Of a stretch of DNA of 64,000 nt, positions 8,120-16,220 are shown piece after piece (the first letter of the stretch is position 1; every line of letters begins with the position of its first letter). The stretch is from assembly GCA_001189095.1 (NCBI GenBank), contig LFCK01000001.1:84485-148484 (forward strand), read 5' to 3'. Source of the stretch: Parcubacteria bacterium C7867-001 (GTDB lineage: Bacteria; Patescibacteriota; Minisyncoccia; Phycocordibacterales; Phycocordibacteraceae). Under the pieces are notes generated by a model that had not been told where the DNA came from, did not search any database, and saw only the letters and a program-made list of their open reading frames with translations. The position numbers were made by a program, and so were the translations under genes.

Positions 8120-11017
8120 TTATATCGCCCCCTGAAGCTGGTCGAGAAGGTTAAGCAGGTTCTGGGTTTCAGCTTCAACAAGGGCTCCTTTTGCTGACTT
8201 TGCCCTGACTGCTTTTGCCATGGTATCGATAGATTTGCCTATTCCGGCAACGCTCTCCAGCTTTCCAAGCTTTGCCAGAAGAGACGATTTTAGAGATAGG
8301 CTAATATTTGCAGAATTTATTTGGCCCTTTAATTCTAGAATAAGCGCGGGATCGAAGGGGACGATTGAGCTTTGGGCCAGTAGCTCATCAAGAAGAGCGA
8401 TGAGTGTGTTTGCTGTAGACGCGTCGATTCTTCCTTTCTCAGCCTTCTTTTCAAGTTGCATCTTAATTTTCGATAAGGAGTTAGTCTGTTTCTGTTTTTG
8501 CTTTGCGATTTTCGTTTCTACGTTAGCAATCTTATTTTGCAGCTGTGTCTTTACCTTCGCAGAAGCGTTTAAGTTTTGGACGGCGTTCTTGAGATTGCTC
8601 AAGACGTGTTCGATTGAGAGGTTCGAGCCATCGGATGGGATATACGTATCTACTTGACCGTCCCCGTTCTGATCAACTTCAAGCTCTGTGTTTACGAGTG
8701 TGGTTCCGTCAATCGAGAAAGTTGCAGAAACGGATGGCGTCACAGGCATGTCCGTAAAGCCGGAAAAGGGGTGAATTTCATCGTTCACAAAAGTTGCTGT
8801 CTCAATACTTGCCTGTCCAGTGTCAGTGCCTTTGAATTTAAGCGTGTAGTTCACACCTTTAGGAAGGAAAAGATATTGGTTTTCGCCCGAAACGAGGAAA
8901 TTGCTTCCCGGAATGTTCTTAGAAATGAAAAGAATTTCCGACGTCAAATCTTGATTTTGATCGATACCTGTAAAATTTCCCTCAGAATCGTAAGCGCCGA
9001 TTAATATTGGTGAACGAGTAATGATAAGTAACTGTTCATCTATTTCAGAGACGTCTGGACGCTGGTCGAGAATATAAGTTGTAGTTGTTACTGACTCGCG
9101 CTTTAAAACAGAGCCTATAACTTCTTGGACGGGACCCGTGTTTAACAGATCTTTATGATCAAAATCGTGCCCCGCTTGATTCCCATTAAAAAGAGAGAGG
9201 TCGAAGAAGTACTTTTCCCCAGTAGAAGAAAGGGCGCTTGGATATACAACGGTCTGGTCGCCCTCAACGGTTGGCACTATTTTATAGCTTCGTATCGGCG
9301 TCGGAATTCCAAAAACGTGGGCATTCCAGTACGTTATCGCTTTTGTTGTAGTCAACCCCCACCCAGCGACCTGTACAACGCGTATATGCGAGGGAATTGA
9401 ATAGGAGTCCAGACCTTCATGGAGTTGGGTGCTCCTTGCGAGTAGAACTGGATCAAGCACCTCTGGAGTGCCGAGATCAGTGGGCTGTGGTGGTGTGCGG
9501 GTTACACCGGTCCCTGTGAGAAACTCGGTAAATTCATCGTAGGCATCAATAGAAACCCAAAGATCACGCCATGCTTGCGTATAGGATGCATTTTCGTCAA
9601 ACGAAATAGGAGGCGACTGTACCGAATCAAAGTACATCTTGCTGGGCAAGAGATCATAAGTGCTCTGCATATTCTGTGCAACAGAACGCGTTGCTGGAGA
9701 GCGTACAAAGAACTCGAGCGCGAGCGGTTGTTCTCCATGGAGCAATGAGGGTATTGCTTGCGGCGTTCCGAGCTGGGGTGTTCCAATCATGACGAACGAA
9801 CCGATCAAGCCGTCTTTCCCTTCTCCCTGCAGTTTCTTGATTAGTGTTTTGCCTAGCAGGCCTCCCATCGAGTGAGCAACAATGGTCACTTTGCCGGTTT
9901 TGGAATTTGCCGCTAGTGCCTCGAAGGTTGCTACAGGATCAACTATTCCGTTCTGAGTCTTTATTCCATCAGAGAGAATTCTCTCAGGAGAGAAACGCCA
10001 GTCATACGCAAGAGGTTTCCATTCGCGTATCACGCTGGTCGTGGCGAGGTCGTCCATAAAGGAAGCGAATCCACCGTAGAGATTAGCTCCGTAGAAATCA
10101 CTTAAAGCACCCGCGACCGTAATGTCGTTTACGCTGTTTCCGTTCTCATCAAGTGCGAGACGACTAACGTCATGGCTCCAAATGCTCGGCGGCCAAAGAG
10201 AATCGTTTCCTTCTTTTAAGGCACTACCCTCAATACCCGGAAGGAAAAGAACATTGTCGTTGCAGTTTTCCGTACAAACGGGAATTGGTGGCGCATCGGT
10301 TGAAAGGCGGAGATACACCGCACCGGTATTTACGTTCGGAGCATCCTGAATGCCGTCATTGCCGAACGGATACTGCGATACGCTCGCTCCCACCATCGAA
10401 AGTCCCGGATAGTAATACGTTTCGCCATGCAGATCTGTTTCGCTCACAATGCCGTTGCCATTAATTTCAAAGACATAGTGCTGTCCGGCAGCAAGAACGG
10501 TGCCGGAGGGGAACGAAAATGAGGCGATGCAGGGAGCTGAGAACGGACTTGCGGCTGAGCCGTCACCATTACAGAAATCCCCATTTTGAGCTTCAAACAA
10601 CGTTGAGGCGGGAATCGGTGCTGACGCGGCAACCAACTCACCCGTAACCCATGACTCATCAGCCGCATATATTTTCACCGCAACGGTGCCGGCAGTAAGC
10701 GGGTGCGCAGAAATATTTGGGAACCCTCCGACGGTCAGATATACCTCGAAAGTATCGAAAGTGTAGGAATGATCCGCGTCATACCAGTGGTCGAAATCCT
10801 TGGCGACATCCATCCAGATACCACCCGGCGTCGTGCTCGAGATTTCTGAGTAGAGCAAACCACCACCAACAAAAGCGCCGTTTGGGGAGCCCCAAACGGC
10901 GTGCGGAAATTCATAGACGACCGTGCTCGACGCAGTGTCAGCGAAAACAGGAAAGGGAAGCGCGCCAAGCGCAAGGAGTAAAAGCCCTATGTGGCCCGCG
11001 ACCTGGAAACGCGGCAT
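8120..11017 (-). CDS. Secreted alpha/beta-hydrolase lipase/esterase (965 aa) with C-terminal coiled-coil
   Basis: Signal peptide MPRFQVAGHIGLLLLALGALPFPVFA; GxSxG nucleophile elbow VTIVAHSMGGLLGKTL (PGAP1/LCAT-like lipase signature); last ~250 aa are an AT-richer heptad-like coiled coil (LQNKIANVETKIAKQKQKQ...). Confidence 0.65.
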   Translation of the reverse strand: MPRFQVAGHIGLLLLALGALPFPVFADTASSTVVYEFPHAVWGSPNGAFVGGGLLYSEISSTTPGGIWMDVAKDFDHWYDADHSYTFDTFEVYLTVGGFPNISAHPLTAGTVAVKIYAADESWVTGELVAASAPIPASTLFEAQNGDFCNGDGSAASPFSAPCIASFSFPSGTVLAAGQHYVFEINGNGIVSETDLHGETYYYPGLSMVGASVSQYPFGNDGIQDAPNVNTGAVYLRLSTDAPPIPVCTENCNDNVLFLPGIEGSALKEGNDSLWPPSIWSHDVSRLALDENGNSVNDITVAGALSDFYGANLYGGFASFMDDLATTSVIREWKPLAYDWRFSPERILSDGIKTQNGIVDPVATFEALAANSKTGKVTIVAHSMGGLLGKTLIKKLQGEGKDGLIGSFVMIGTPQLGTPQAIPSLLHGEQPLALEFFVRSPATRSVAQNMQSTYDLLPSKMYFDSVQSPPISFDENASYTQAWRDLWVSIDAYDEFTEFLTGTGVTRTPPQPTDLGTPEVLDPVLLARSTQLHEGLDSYSIPSHIRVVQVAGWGLTTTKAITYWNAHVFGIPTPIRSYKIVPTVEGDQTVVYPSALSSTGEKYFFDLSLFNGNQAGHDFDHKDLLNTGPVQEVIGSVLKRESVTTTTYILDQRPDVSEIDEQLLIITRSPILIGAYDSEGNFTGIDQNQDLTSEILFISKNIPGSNFLVSGENQYLFLPKGVNYTLKFKGTDTGQASIETATFVNDEIHPFSGFTDMPVTPSVSATFSIDGTTLVNTELEVDQNGDGQVDTYIPSDGSNLSIEHVLSNLKNAVQNLNASAKVKTQLQNKIANVETKIAKQKQKQTNSLSKIKMQLEKKAEKGRIDASTANTLIALLDELLAQSSIVPFDPALILELKGQINSANISLSLKSSLLAKLGKLESVAGIGKSIDTMAKAVRAKSAKGALVEAETQNLLNLLDQLQGAI

Positions 11018-11073
11018 GCCGCCACCCTACCAAATCCGTCACCCATTTACCAGCCCCCATCCTCTCTAGAGGA

Positions 11074-11111
11074 GGTAACTATAACTCTGGATATCCAGAG
11101 TTATAGTTACC
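11074..11111. repeat. Perfect 38-bp palindrome GGTAACTATAACTCTGGATATCCAGAGTTATAGTTACC; candidate operator or RNA hairpin
   Basis: Read directly from the sequence. It overlaps the stop codon of the PaaX-like gene and lies ~57 bp upstream of the lipase start codon. Confidence 0.9.
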
Positions 11112-11686
11112 TAGGTTTTTCTAATTTTGGCAAAGAGAAGTGGGCGCGAAGGGCGGCTTCATTTTCAATATGATCAACAATCATATACAAAAGATTCTTT
11201 CCTATCCGTAACTCAGCTTTCAAGAGCGTCACAAGATCTTCGGCATTGTGTGGAGAAATCCAGACACTATTTTGCAATCGTACAAAGCCGAACGCAGTAA
11301 GCAGTTCTTTTATACGTTGTCGGAGAACTGGGGCTCGGCCCTGAATATCATAAATAACCAGACGCCATTTCTGATCCCACTTTTTTCTTCTCCCATCCCT
11401 ACCACACGAAGCAAGGAAAAACTTACCTTTGTCTGTAATGCGTATGCGGGATGTGCCGCTCTCCCTCTGAATTTCGAGGTATCCAAGTCGAGCAAGTCGG
11501 TCAATGCTTTTTCGAATCTGAAGCCTTCTCTGAACCACGTGTTTTATCTGGCCTAACGCAACGAGAACGTTGGGAGCGACTATTGCGACAGAAATTAATC
11601 CAGATGTCGCTACAGTAGCCAATATGGCTTTATTGATTTTGGTTCGTCGGATGGACTTGTGGTTCGCTGCTTCTAGTTTACCCATG
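11107..11686 (-). CDS. PaaX-like transcriptional regulator (wHTH plus PaaX C-terminal-like domain)
   Basis: WDQKWRLVIYDIQGRAPVLRQRIKELLTAFGFVRLQNSVWISPHN fits the PaaX C-domain. Start MGKLEAANHK at 11686, taken instead of the track's 11739, because that upstream extension is encoded by the palindrome itself. Confidence 0.55.
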
Positions 11687-11688
11687 AA

Positions 11689-11724
11689 GTAATTATAACT
11701 CTGGATATCCAGAGTTATAATTAC
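11689..11724. repeat. Perfect 36-bp palindrome GTAATTATAACTCTGGATATCCAGAGTTATAATTAC; second copy
   Basis: Read directly from the sequence. Sits 2 nt upstream of the PaaX-like start codon. Core TATAACTCTGGATATCCAGAGTTATA is identical to copy 1, and the outer-arm difference (AGTTAC vs AATTAC) is compensated so each copy stays a perfect palindrome. Confidence 0.9.
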
Positions 11725-11735
11725 TTGTGTATATA

Positions 11736-11778
11736 GCATTAACGCATTAACGCGTTGAGGCTTTGAGGCACTGAGGCA
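11736..11778. repeat. Short tandem direct repeats (GCATTAAC x2; TGAGGC x3)
   Basis: GCATTAACGCATTAACG and TTGAGGCTTTGAGGCACTGAGGC, just upstream of the PaaX-like gene. Confidence 0.6.
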
Positions 11779-11835
11779 TTAAGACATGGACGTATACGTA
11801 TATATGTGTACGGCTTGCATAAAAGTTTTGAAAAA

Positions 11836-11872
11836 GAGAAAGTCCGGCGCAGAGCGCCGGACTTGTTTTGTT
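11836..11872. terminator. Intrinsic terminator (GTCCGGCGC-AGAG-GCGCCGGAC then TTGTTTTGTT)
   Basis: Hairpin plus T-run 22 nt after the stop of the small membrane ORF. Confidence 0.6.
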
Positions 11873-11884
11873 GAATGCGAGAGA

Positions 11885-12079
11885 TCAGTGCTCAGCGCGA
11901 CGTTCGCTCTGCAGAATGGTCGAGACGAGGCACATGCCGCCGATGAGGGCGCACAGCAGCCCGCCGAACTGTGAGGTGCTGCTCGCTTCGAACGAGAGCC
12001 ACGTGGGCAGAAGCGCTGCGCAGCCGCCTGAGGCAATCGCGAGAAGCGAAAGGAACGCGCGGACGAATGAAGGGCGCAT
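11885..12079 (-). CDS. Small two-TM membrane protein, hypothetical
   Basis: 64 aa, hydrophobic, followed by a terminator. The overlapping 131-aa ORF in another frame looks like a GC-frame artefact. Confidence 0.4.
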   Translation of the reverse strand: MRPSFVRAFLSLLAIASGGCAALLPTWLSFEASSTSQFGGLLCALIGGMCLVSTILQSERRAEH

Positions 12080-12246
12080 GACCGCGACAAAAATGCCGTA
12101 ATCACAGCTACCCCAAACAGAGCCTGTTCGATGAGTACGAGCTCAAGGGTATTCGACATTGGACTCCTCCACAAAGGTGCAGGAAAACGGCCTGCACTCC
12201 AGCCTTCGTTTATACGCCCCCTTCAAAAAAAAGGCAATACGGTACA

Positions 12247-13089
12247 ATGAGGCCCATGAAGCGGGCGACCAAAAAAAAGACGAAGAAACTGCCGATCGAC
12301 TATTGGAGCCATTCCTCCCTTATGGCGTTCTTGCGTAACCCGCTCACGTGGCACAAGCGGTACGTTGAGAAGATATACGATCTTCCGCGCACGCCAGCCT
12401 CGGTGATTGGCAGTGCGGGGCACTATGCGCTCGAGCTCTTCTATAACGGTGCACTCAAGGAAGAGGCTATTAAGGAAGGACTTGATTACATCCGTCGAAT
12501 CTCAGACTTCGAACTTAACTTCGGGGTGGCGAAATCAAAGAAGGAGAAGCGCGCGAAGCGCGCCTCCATGGAACGCGATTATGTCCAAGCGATCAACTTT
12601 TATCTCGCGCGGCCGCCGCGTCACAAAGTGATTGGGGTCGAAGTGAAATCGATGGCGAGCGTTCCCGGTCTTCCGCTTCCGGTGAAGGCAATCTCCGACC
12701 TTGTCGTTGAATCAAAGGGGAATCCGGGGATGGTCGATATCGTCGACCATAAGTTCGTTGATTCTTTTAGTAAGGGAAGTGATAAGCCTGCGTTCGCACT
12801 CCAAGCGCTTTTCAATTACTACACCGTGACCGAGCTGTATGGGAAGCCAGTCTGTCGCTTCATCGTGTATGAATGCAAGAAGCGTAAAAATGCTGACGGA
12901 CGGCCGCAGCTACGTAAATACGTGCTTGTCTATTCGGAAATAGAAGACATGTTCCTGTTCTTCCATCGACTTCTTCAAGATGCAACGGACGAGCTTGCAC
13001 GCGAACGTGCGTATCTTCCGAATCCTTCAGATATGTTTGAGGGCGATCACTCAGTCGATCTCTATCGACTCGGACTTGTGAATCAGTGA
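12247..13089 (+). CDS. PD-(D/E)xK superfamily nuclease (RecB/Cas4-like fold, no Cys cluster)
   Basis: WSHSSL...GSAGHYALE N-terminal motif and D...VDIVDHK core (D / D-x-K). Confidence 0.45.
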   Translation: MRPMKRATKKKTKKLPIDYWSHSSLMAFLRNPLTWHKRYVEKIYDLPRTPASVIGSAGHYALELFYNGALKEEAIKEGLDYIRRISDFELNFGVAKSKKEKRAKRASMERDYVQAINFYLARPPRHKVIGVEVKSMASVPGLPLPVKAISDLVVESKGNPGMVDIVDHKFVDSFSKGSDKPAFALQALFNYYTVTELYGKPVCRFIVYECKKRKNADGRPQLRKYVLVYSEIEDMFLFFHRLLQDATDELARERAYLPNPSDMFEGDHSVDLYRLGLVNQ

Positions 13090-13781
13090 GCTGCTTCTGC
13101 GAGCGATTTCTCGATGATTTTCTTCATTGAGGTGTAGTTCACCGCACCTGAGATGGTGACTGGATTCTTTCCTTTCACAAGGAGGATGGTGTAGGGGGCG
13201 CCACTCGCGCCGGCCTCAAGACCGTTCGTGTAGTCCGCAATGACACGCTTGCCGACGCTTTCGTCTGCAAGACAGGTGTCGAAGAGTTTTGCGTCGATGC
13301 CAAGACCCGGAAGGAGTTTGCCATAGTCAGCTGGATCGAATTCTTGATCGGCAGGGGCGGTTGAGTGCATGGCATTCAAGAAGCTCCAAAACGCGTTCTC
13401 GCCTTTAATGCGGGAGGCGCATTCAGCTGCAGCAGCATTCTTCGCTGCGTTCGGGTGTTCTTCAACGACAGGGAAATGGCGGTACACCCATGCGATCTTT
13501 CCATCGTTGCCATATTCAGTCATGAGCTGCGCGAGCGTTGCCTCAAATTGTTTGCAGTACTCGCAGTCGGTATCCGAGTATTCGATGAGCATGACGGGCG
13601 CTGAAGGATTCCCAACGATGTGGTCGTTTGCGGGGTCAACAGGACGAACGGCTGAAGGGGAACCGAGTTGTGCATTGGAAGGATCCGAGGTGCGCACGAC
13701 GTACACAGCTATAGAAATAACGATACCGGCGAGGAGGATAGCGCCCGGAATGAGAATGGAACTGCGAATTTCAGGGTTCAT
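13083..13781 (-). CDS. DsbA-family thiol-disulfide oxidoreductase, membrane-anchored
   Basis: N-terminal TM helix; C-x-x-C active site in YSDTDCEYCKQF; thioredoxin-fold pattern. Confidence 0.8.
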   Translation of the reverse strand: MNPEIRSSILIPGAILLAGIVISIAVYVVRTSDPSNAQLGSPSAVRPVDPANDHIVGNPSAPVMLIEYSDTDCEYCKQFEATLAQLMTEYGNDGKIAWVYRHFPVVEEHPNAAKNAAAAECASRIKGENAFWSFLNAMHSTAPADQEFDPADYGKLLPGLGIDAKLFDTCLADESVGKRVIADYTNGLEAGASGAPYTILLVKGKNPVTISGAVNYTSMKKIIEKSLAEAAH

Positions 13782-13857
13782 GAAAAAAGTATAGCATCGG
13801 CGCTCGCGCTGAATATGCAGTGTGGGTAAAAGAGAAAGGTCCCGTGCATCACGGGAC

Positions 13858-14226
13858 CTAACGTTTCCGATTCGATCGGGGGATATTGGCGAGCGCGCGG
13901 CGCTCGTACTCGGGGCCGGTTCTCCCGGCTTGTGCTACGCGTACGGAATATTTACCGCCGTAGAATTCGTAGATGATATCAGCGATATCAGCATAGAGTT
14001 CGTCTGGCAGATAGCTTTTCACAATAACGCGTATCTTGTGTTGATTGTCTGTCGAAGGGTCACCTGGCCCGATTTGACTGCTTTCAACAACAGAGCAGAA
14101 TTCCTCCCTGCTCACAAAGCGCCCGTGGTACTGGGCGTCCAAGTACTCGCTGACCTTTCGGCACAAACGAGCTTTTCCCTCCTGATCGTATATATCCGAT
14201 AGGAAGTGTATTCGAATCATCGACAC
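13858..14226 (-). CDS. Hypothetical protein
   Basis: 122-aa ORF; hairpin at 13838-13858 immediately downstream. Confidence 0.4.
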   Translation of the reverse strand: MSMIRIHFLSDIYDQEGKARLCRKVSEYLDAQYHGRFVSREEFCSVVESSQIGPGDPSTDNQHKIRVIVKSYLPDELYADIADIIYEFYGGKYSVRVAQAGRTGPEYERRALANIPRSNRKR

Positions 14227-14288
14227 CTCCCTTTCCGGATTTATTGTCTGCCGGCAGAATACGACGAATCCTTCTATTTGTAAATAGG

Positions 14289-14867
14289 CTAGAGACCGAG
14301 GGTGTGGGTGAGGGAGGAGCCTTCGCCGCCAGTCTCCCAGTTGCGTGTGTCGAGCTTCAGTTCCTTCACTTCCCGCAAATCCTTGTATTTTATGTGTCCG
14401 TTCGCGAGCGCGTAGTCATAGAGATCGCGGGTGAGACGGACATCTTCAATGCAGTATTTCTTCACCTTGTCATAGAGGCCCTCTTCCCACCATTTTTGCG
14501 CTTCAAGCCCGTCGCCCGTCTTTCCGCGCTTCAAGGTCGCTTCACCAAGCGCTTGGAGGCGAATGCGTCGACCGAGTGCTTTATAAACTTCCGCAAGAAG
14601 GTCGAGTGATTTTATTTTCGTGAGGTCGCCCGGATAGTAGCGATTCAAGATAGGGATGTCGAAGGTGTCGGAATTAAAGCCGATGAGCATGTCTGCACGC
14701 TCGAAAATCGGCCAGAGCTTCGGAAGCTCTTCCTGCGTATATGCGGTGTACTCGCCGGTCTCCGTGTCATGAACGCCGACGACGGTGAGTTCTTGTGTCG
14801 CGATATCGACCTTCCCGCGAGAAAAGGAATCACTACGCGTCTCGATATCGAACGTAATAGCCCGCAT
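14289..14867 (-). CDS. DEDD-family 3'-5' exonuclease
   Basis: Exo motifs FDIET, GFNSDTFDIPIL and YCIEDVRLTRDLY; 2 nt downstream of hisS, so likely the same operon. Confidence 0.7.
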   Translation of the reverse strand: MRAITFDIETRSDSFSRGKVDIATQELTVVGVHDTETGEYTAYTQEELPKLWPIFERADMLIGFNSDTFDIPILNRYYPGDLTKIKSLDLLAEVYKALGRRIRLQALGEATLKRGKTGDGLEAQKWWEEGLYDKVKKYCIEDVRLTRDLYDYALANGHIKYKDLREVKELKLDTRNWETGGEGSSLTHTLGL

Positions 14868-14868
14868 A

Positions 14869-16122
14869 TTACTTCGCTAGGTGAGCTGCAACGCCGCTTA
14901 TAGGAAGAGTAGTTTCTTCGCCGCTCTCGAGCTCTTTGAGGCGAACTTCGCCAGAGGACTGTTCGTCTTTACCGTAGGCAATGAAGTACGTGTTGCCGCG
15001 CTTGTCTGCTTCGCGGATCTGGTCGCCAAGGGATTTGCCGCCGACGTGCACAATAACGGAAACACCTCCATCGCGCAGGGTGTCGGCGAGTGTTTGCGCA
15101 GGAGCGATATCTTCTTCGCTTGGTGTACCTATATATATGGTTGCCGCGCTTTTTGCTACAGGTGCGATACCGTGAGTCGTGAGGAAGTCCATGAGGGTTA
15201 CGTCGCCCATGCCAAAGCCGATAGCAGGAATCGCGTCGCCACCGAACATTCCAACGAGGTTGTCGTAGCGACCGCCGCCGAAGAGTGAGCGGGAATTCTC
15301 CGGATTGGTGTCGAAGACTTCAAACACGAGGCCGGTGTAGTAATCAAATCCGCGGACGATTTCTGGATCGAAAACGACGTTTGTCATGCTGCGTGCGTTG
15401 AATGCCTCGATGAGTGAGAGGAGCGCGTCCTTTTCTTTTGCGATCTCTGCGTCGTCTGCTGACTCGATGAGTGAGAGCGGGTCGGGGCGTCCTTCAAGTG
15501 CAGCTTCGAATTCTTCTTTCGGCATCTTCGCCTTGCGATCAAGAAGACGGCGATATGAATCCTTTTCTTCGCTGCTTCTAAAACCGGCTGCGTTGCATGC
15601 TGCATCGAGAAGTGAGCGGGAACTTATGCGGATGGAGAAATCCTTATCCTGCGCGCCGAAGGCGCGCAGGAGTTTCGAAGCGATGACGATGATTTCACCA
15701 TCCGCCTTCGCGTCCTTCATGCCGAGCAGGTCGACATTGAGCTGGTAGTGCTCGCGCAAGCGTCCGCGCTGCGGGCGCTCATAACGGAAAACGTTTGGAA
15801 TCGAGAACCAGCGGACAGGGAAGGCGAGTTCGCGGCGCTTTGCTGCCACCATGCGCGCCAAGGTCGGCGTCATCTCCGGACGAAGTGTGACTTTGCGATC
15901 ACCGCGGTCGGTAAAGGTGTAGGTCTGCTCGTTCACGATTTCCTCCGAGGTCTTGCTTTCGTAGAGCGAAGCCGGCTCGAGCGGTGAGGCGTTGTATTCC
16001 TCGTAGCCGTAGGACTTCAGAACGCGGCGCAGGGTCTCGAAGGCGGACGAAAGCGCCGCCCAGTCCTCAGGGTAGAAATCACGCACTCCTTTATATGGTT
16101 CGGTTGAAAGCTCGCCCTTCAT
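14869..16122 (-). CDS. hisS: Histidine--tRNA ligase
   Basis: TLRPEMT, GGGRYDNLVGMFGG...PAIGFGMG and C-terminal anticodon-binding domain; 417 aa. Confidence 0.9.
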   Translation of the reverse strand: MKGELSTEPYKGVRDFYPEDWAALSSAFETLRRVLKSYGYEEYNASPLEPASLYESKTSEEIVNEQTYTFTDRGDRKVTLRPEMTPTLARMVAAKRRELAFPVRWFSIPNVFRYERPQRGRLREHYQLNVDLLGMKDAKADGEIIVIASKLLRAFGAQDKDFSIRISSRSLLDAACNAAGFRSSEEKDSYRRLLDRKAKMPKEEFEAALEGRPDPLSLIESADDAEIAKEKDALLSLIEAFNARSMTNVVFDPEIVRGFDYYTGLVFEVFDTNPENSRSLFGGGRYDNLVGMFGGDAIPAIGFGMGDVTLMDFLTTHGIAPVAKSAATIYIGTPSEEDIAPAQTLADTLRDGGVSVIVHVGGKSLGDQIREADKRGNTYFIAYGKDEQSSGEVRLKELESGEETTLPISGVAAHLAK

Positions 16123-16159
16123 AGGAAAGAGTGTAGCAGATAGGGGGCCGGTATGAAAA

Positions 16160-16220
16160 ATAAAACGGGCGGGACCAAAGGTCCCGCCCGCATGGACGCC
16201 CGTGGCGTCCGTTTTTACTT
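16160..16220. terminator. Tandem terminator hairpins
   Basis: CGGGCGGGACC-AAAG-GTCCCGCCCG and GGACGCCCGTGGCGTCC followed by GTTTTTAC. Confidence 0.55.

Noticed and set aside
11074-11724. Palindromes as IS/MITE terminal inverted repeats
   Set aside because: The enclosed gene is a regulator, not a transposase. Each copy is self-palindromic, and no target-site duplication is evident.
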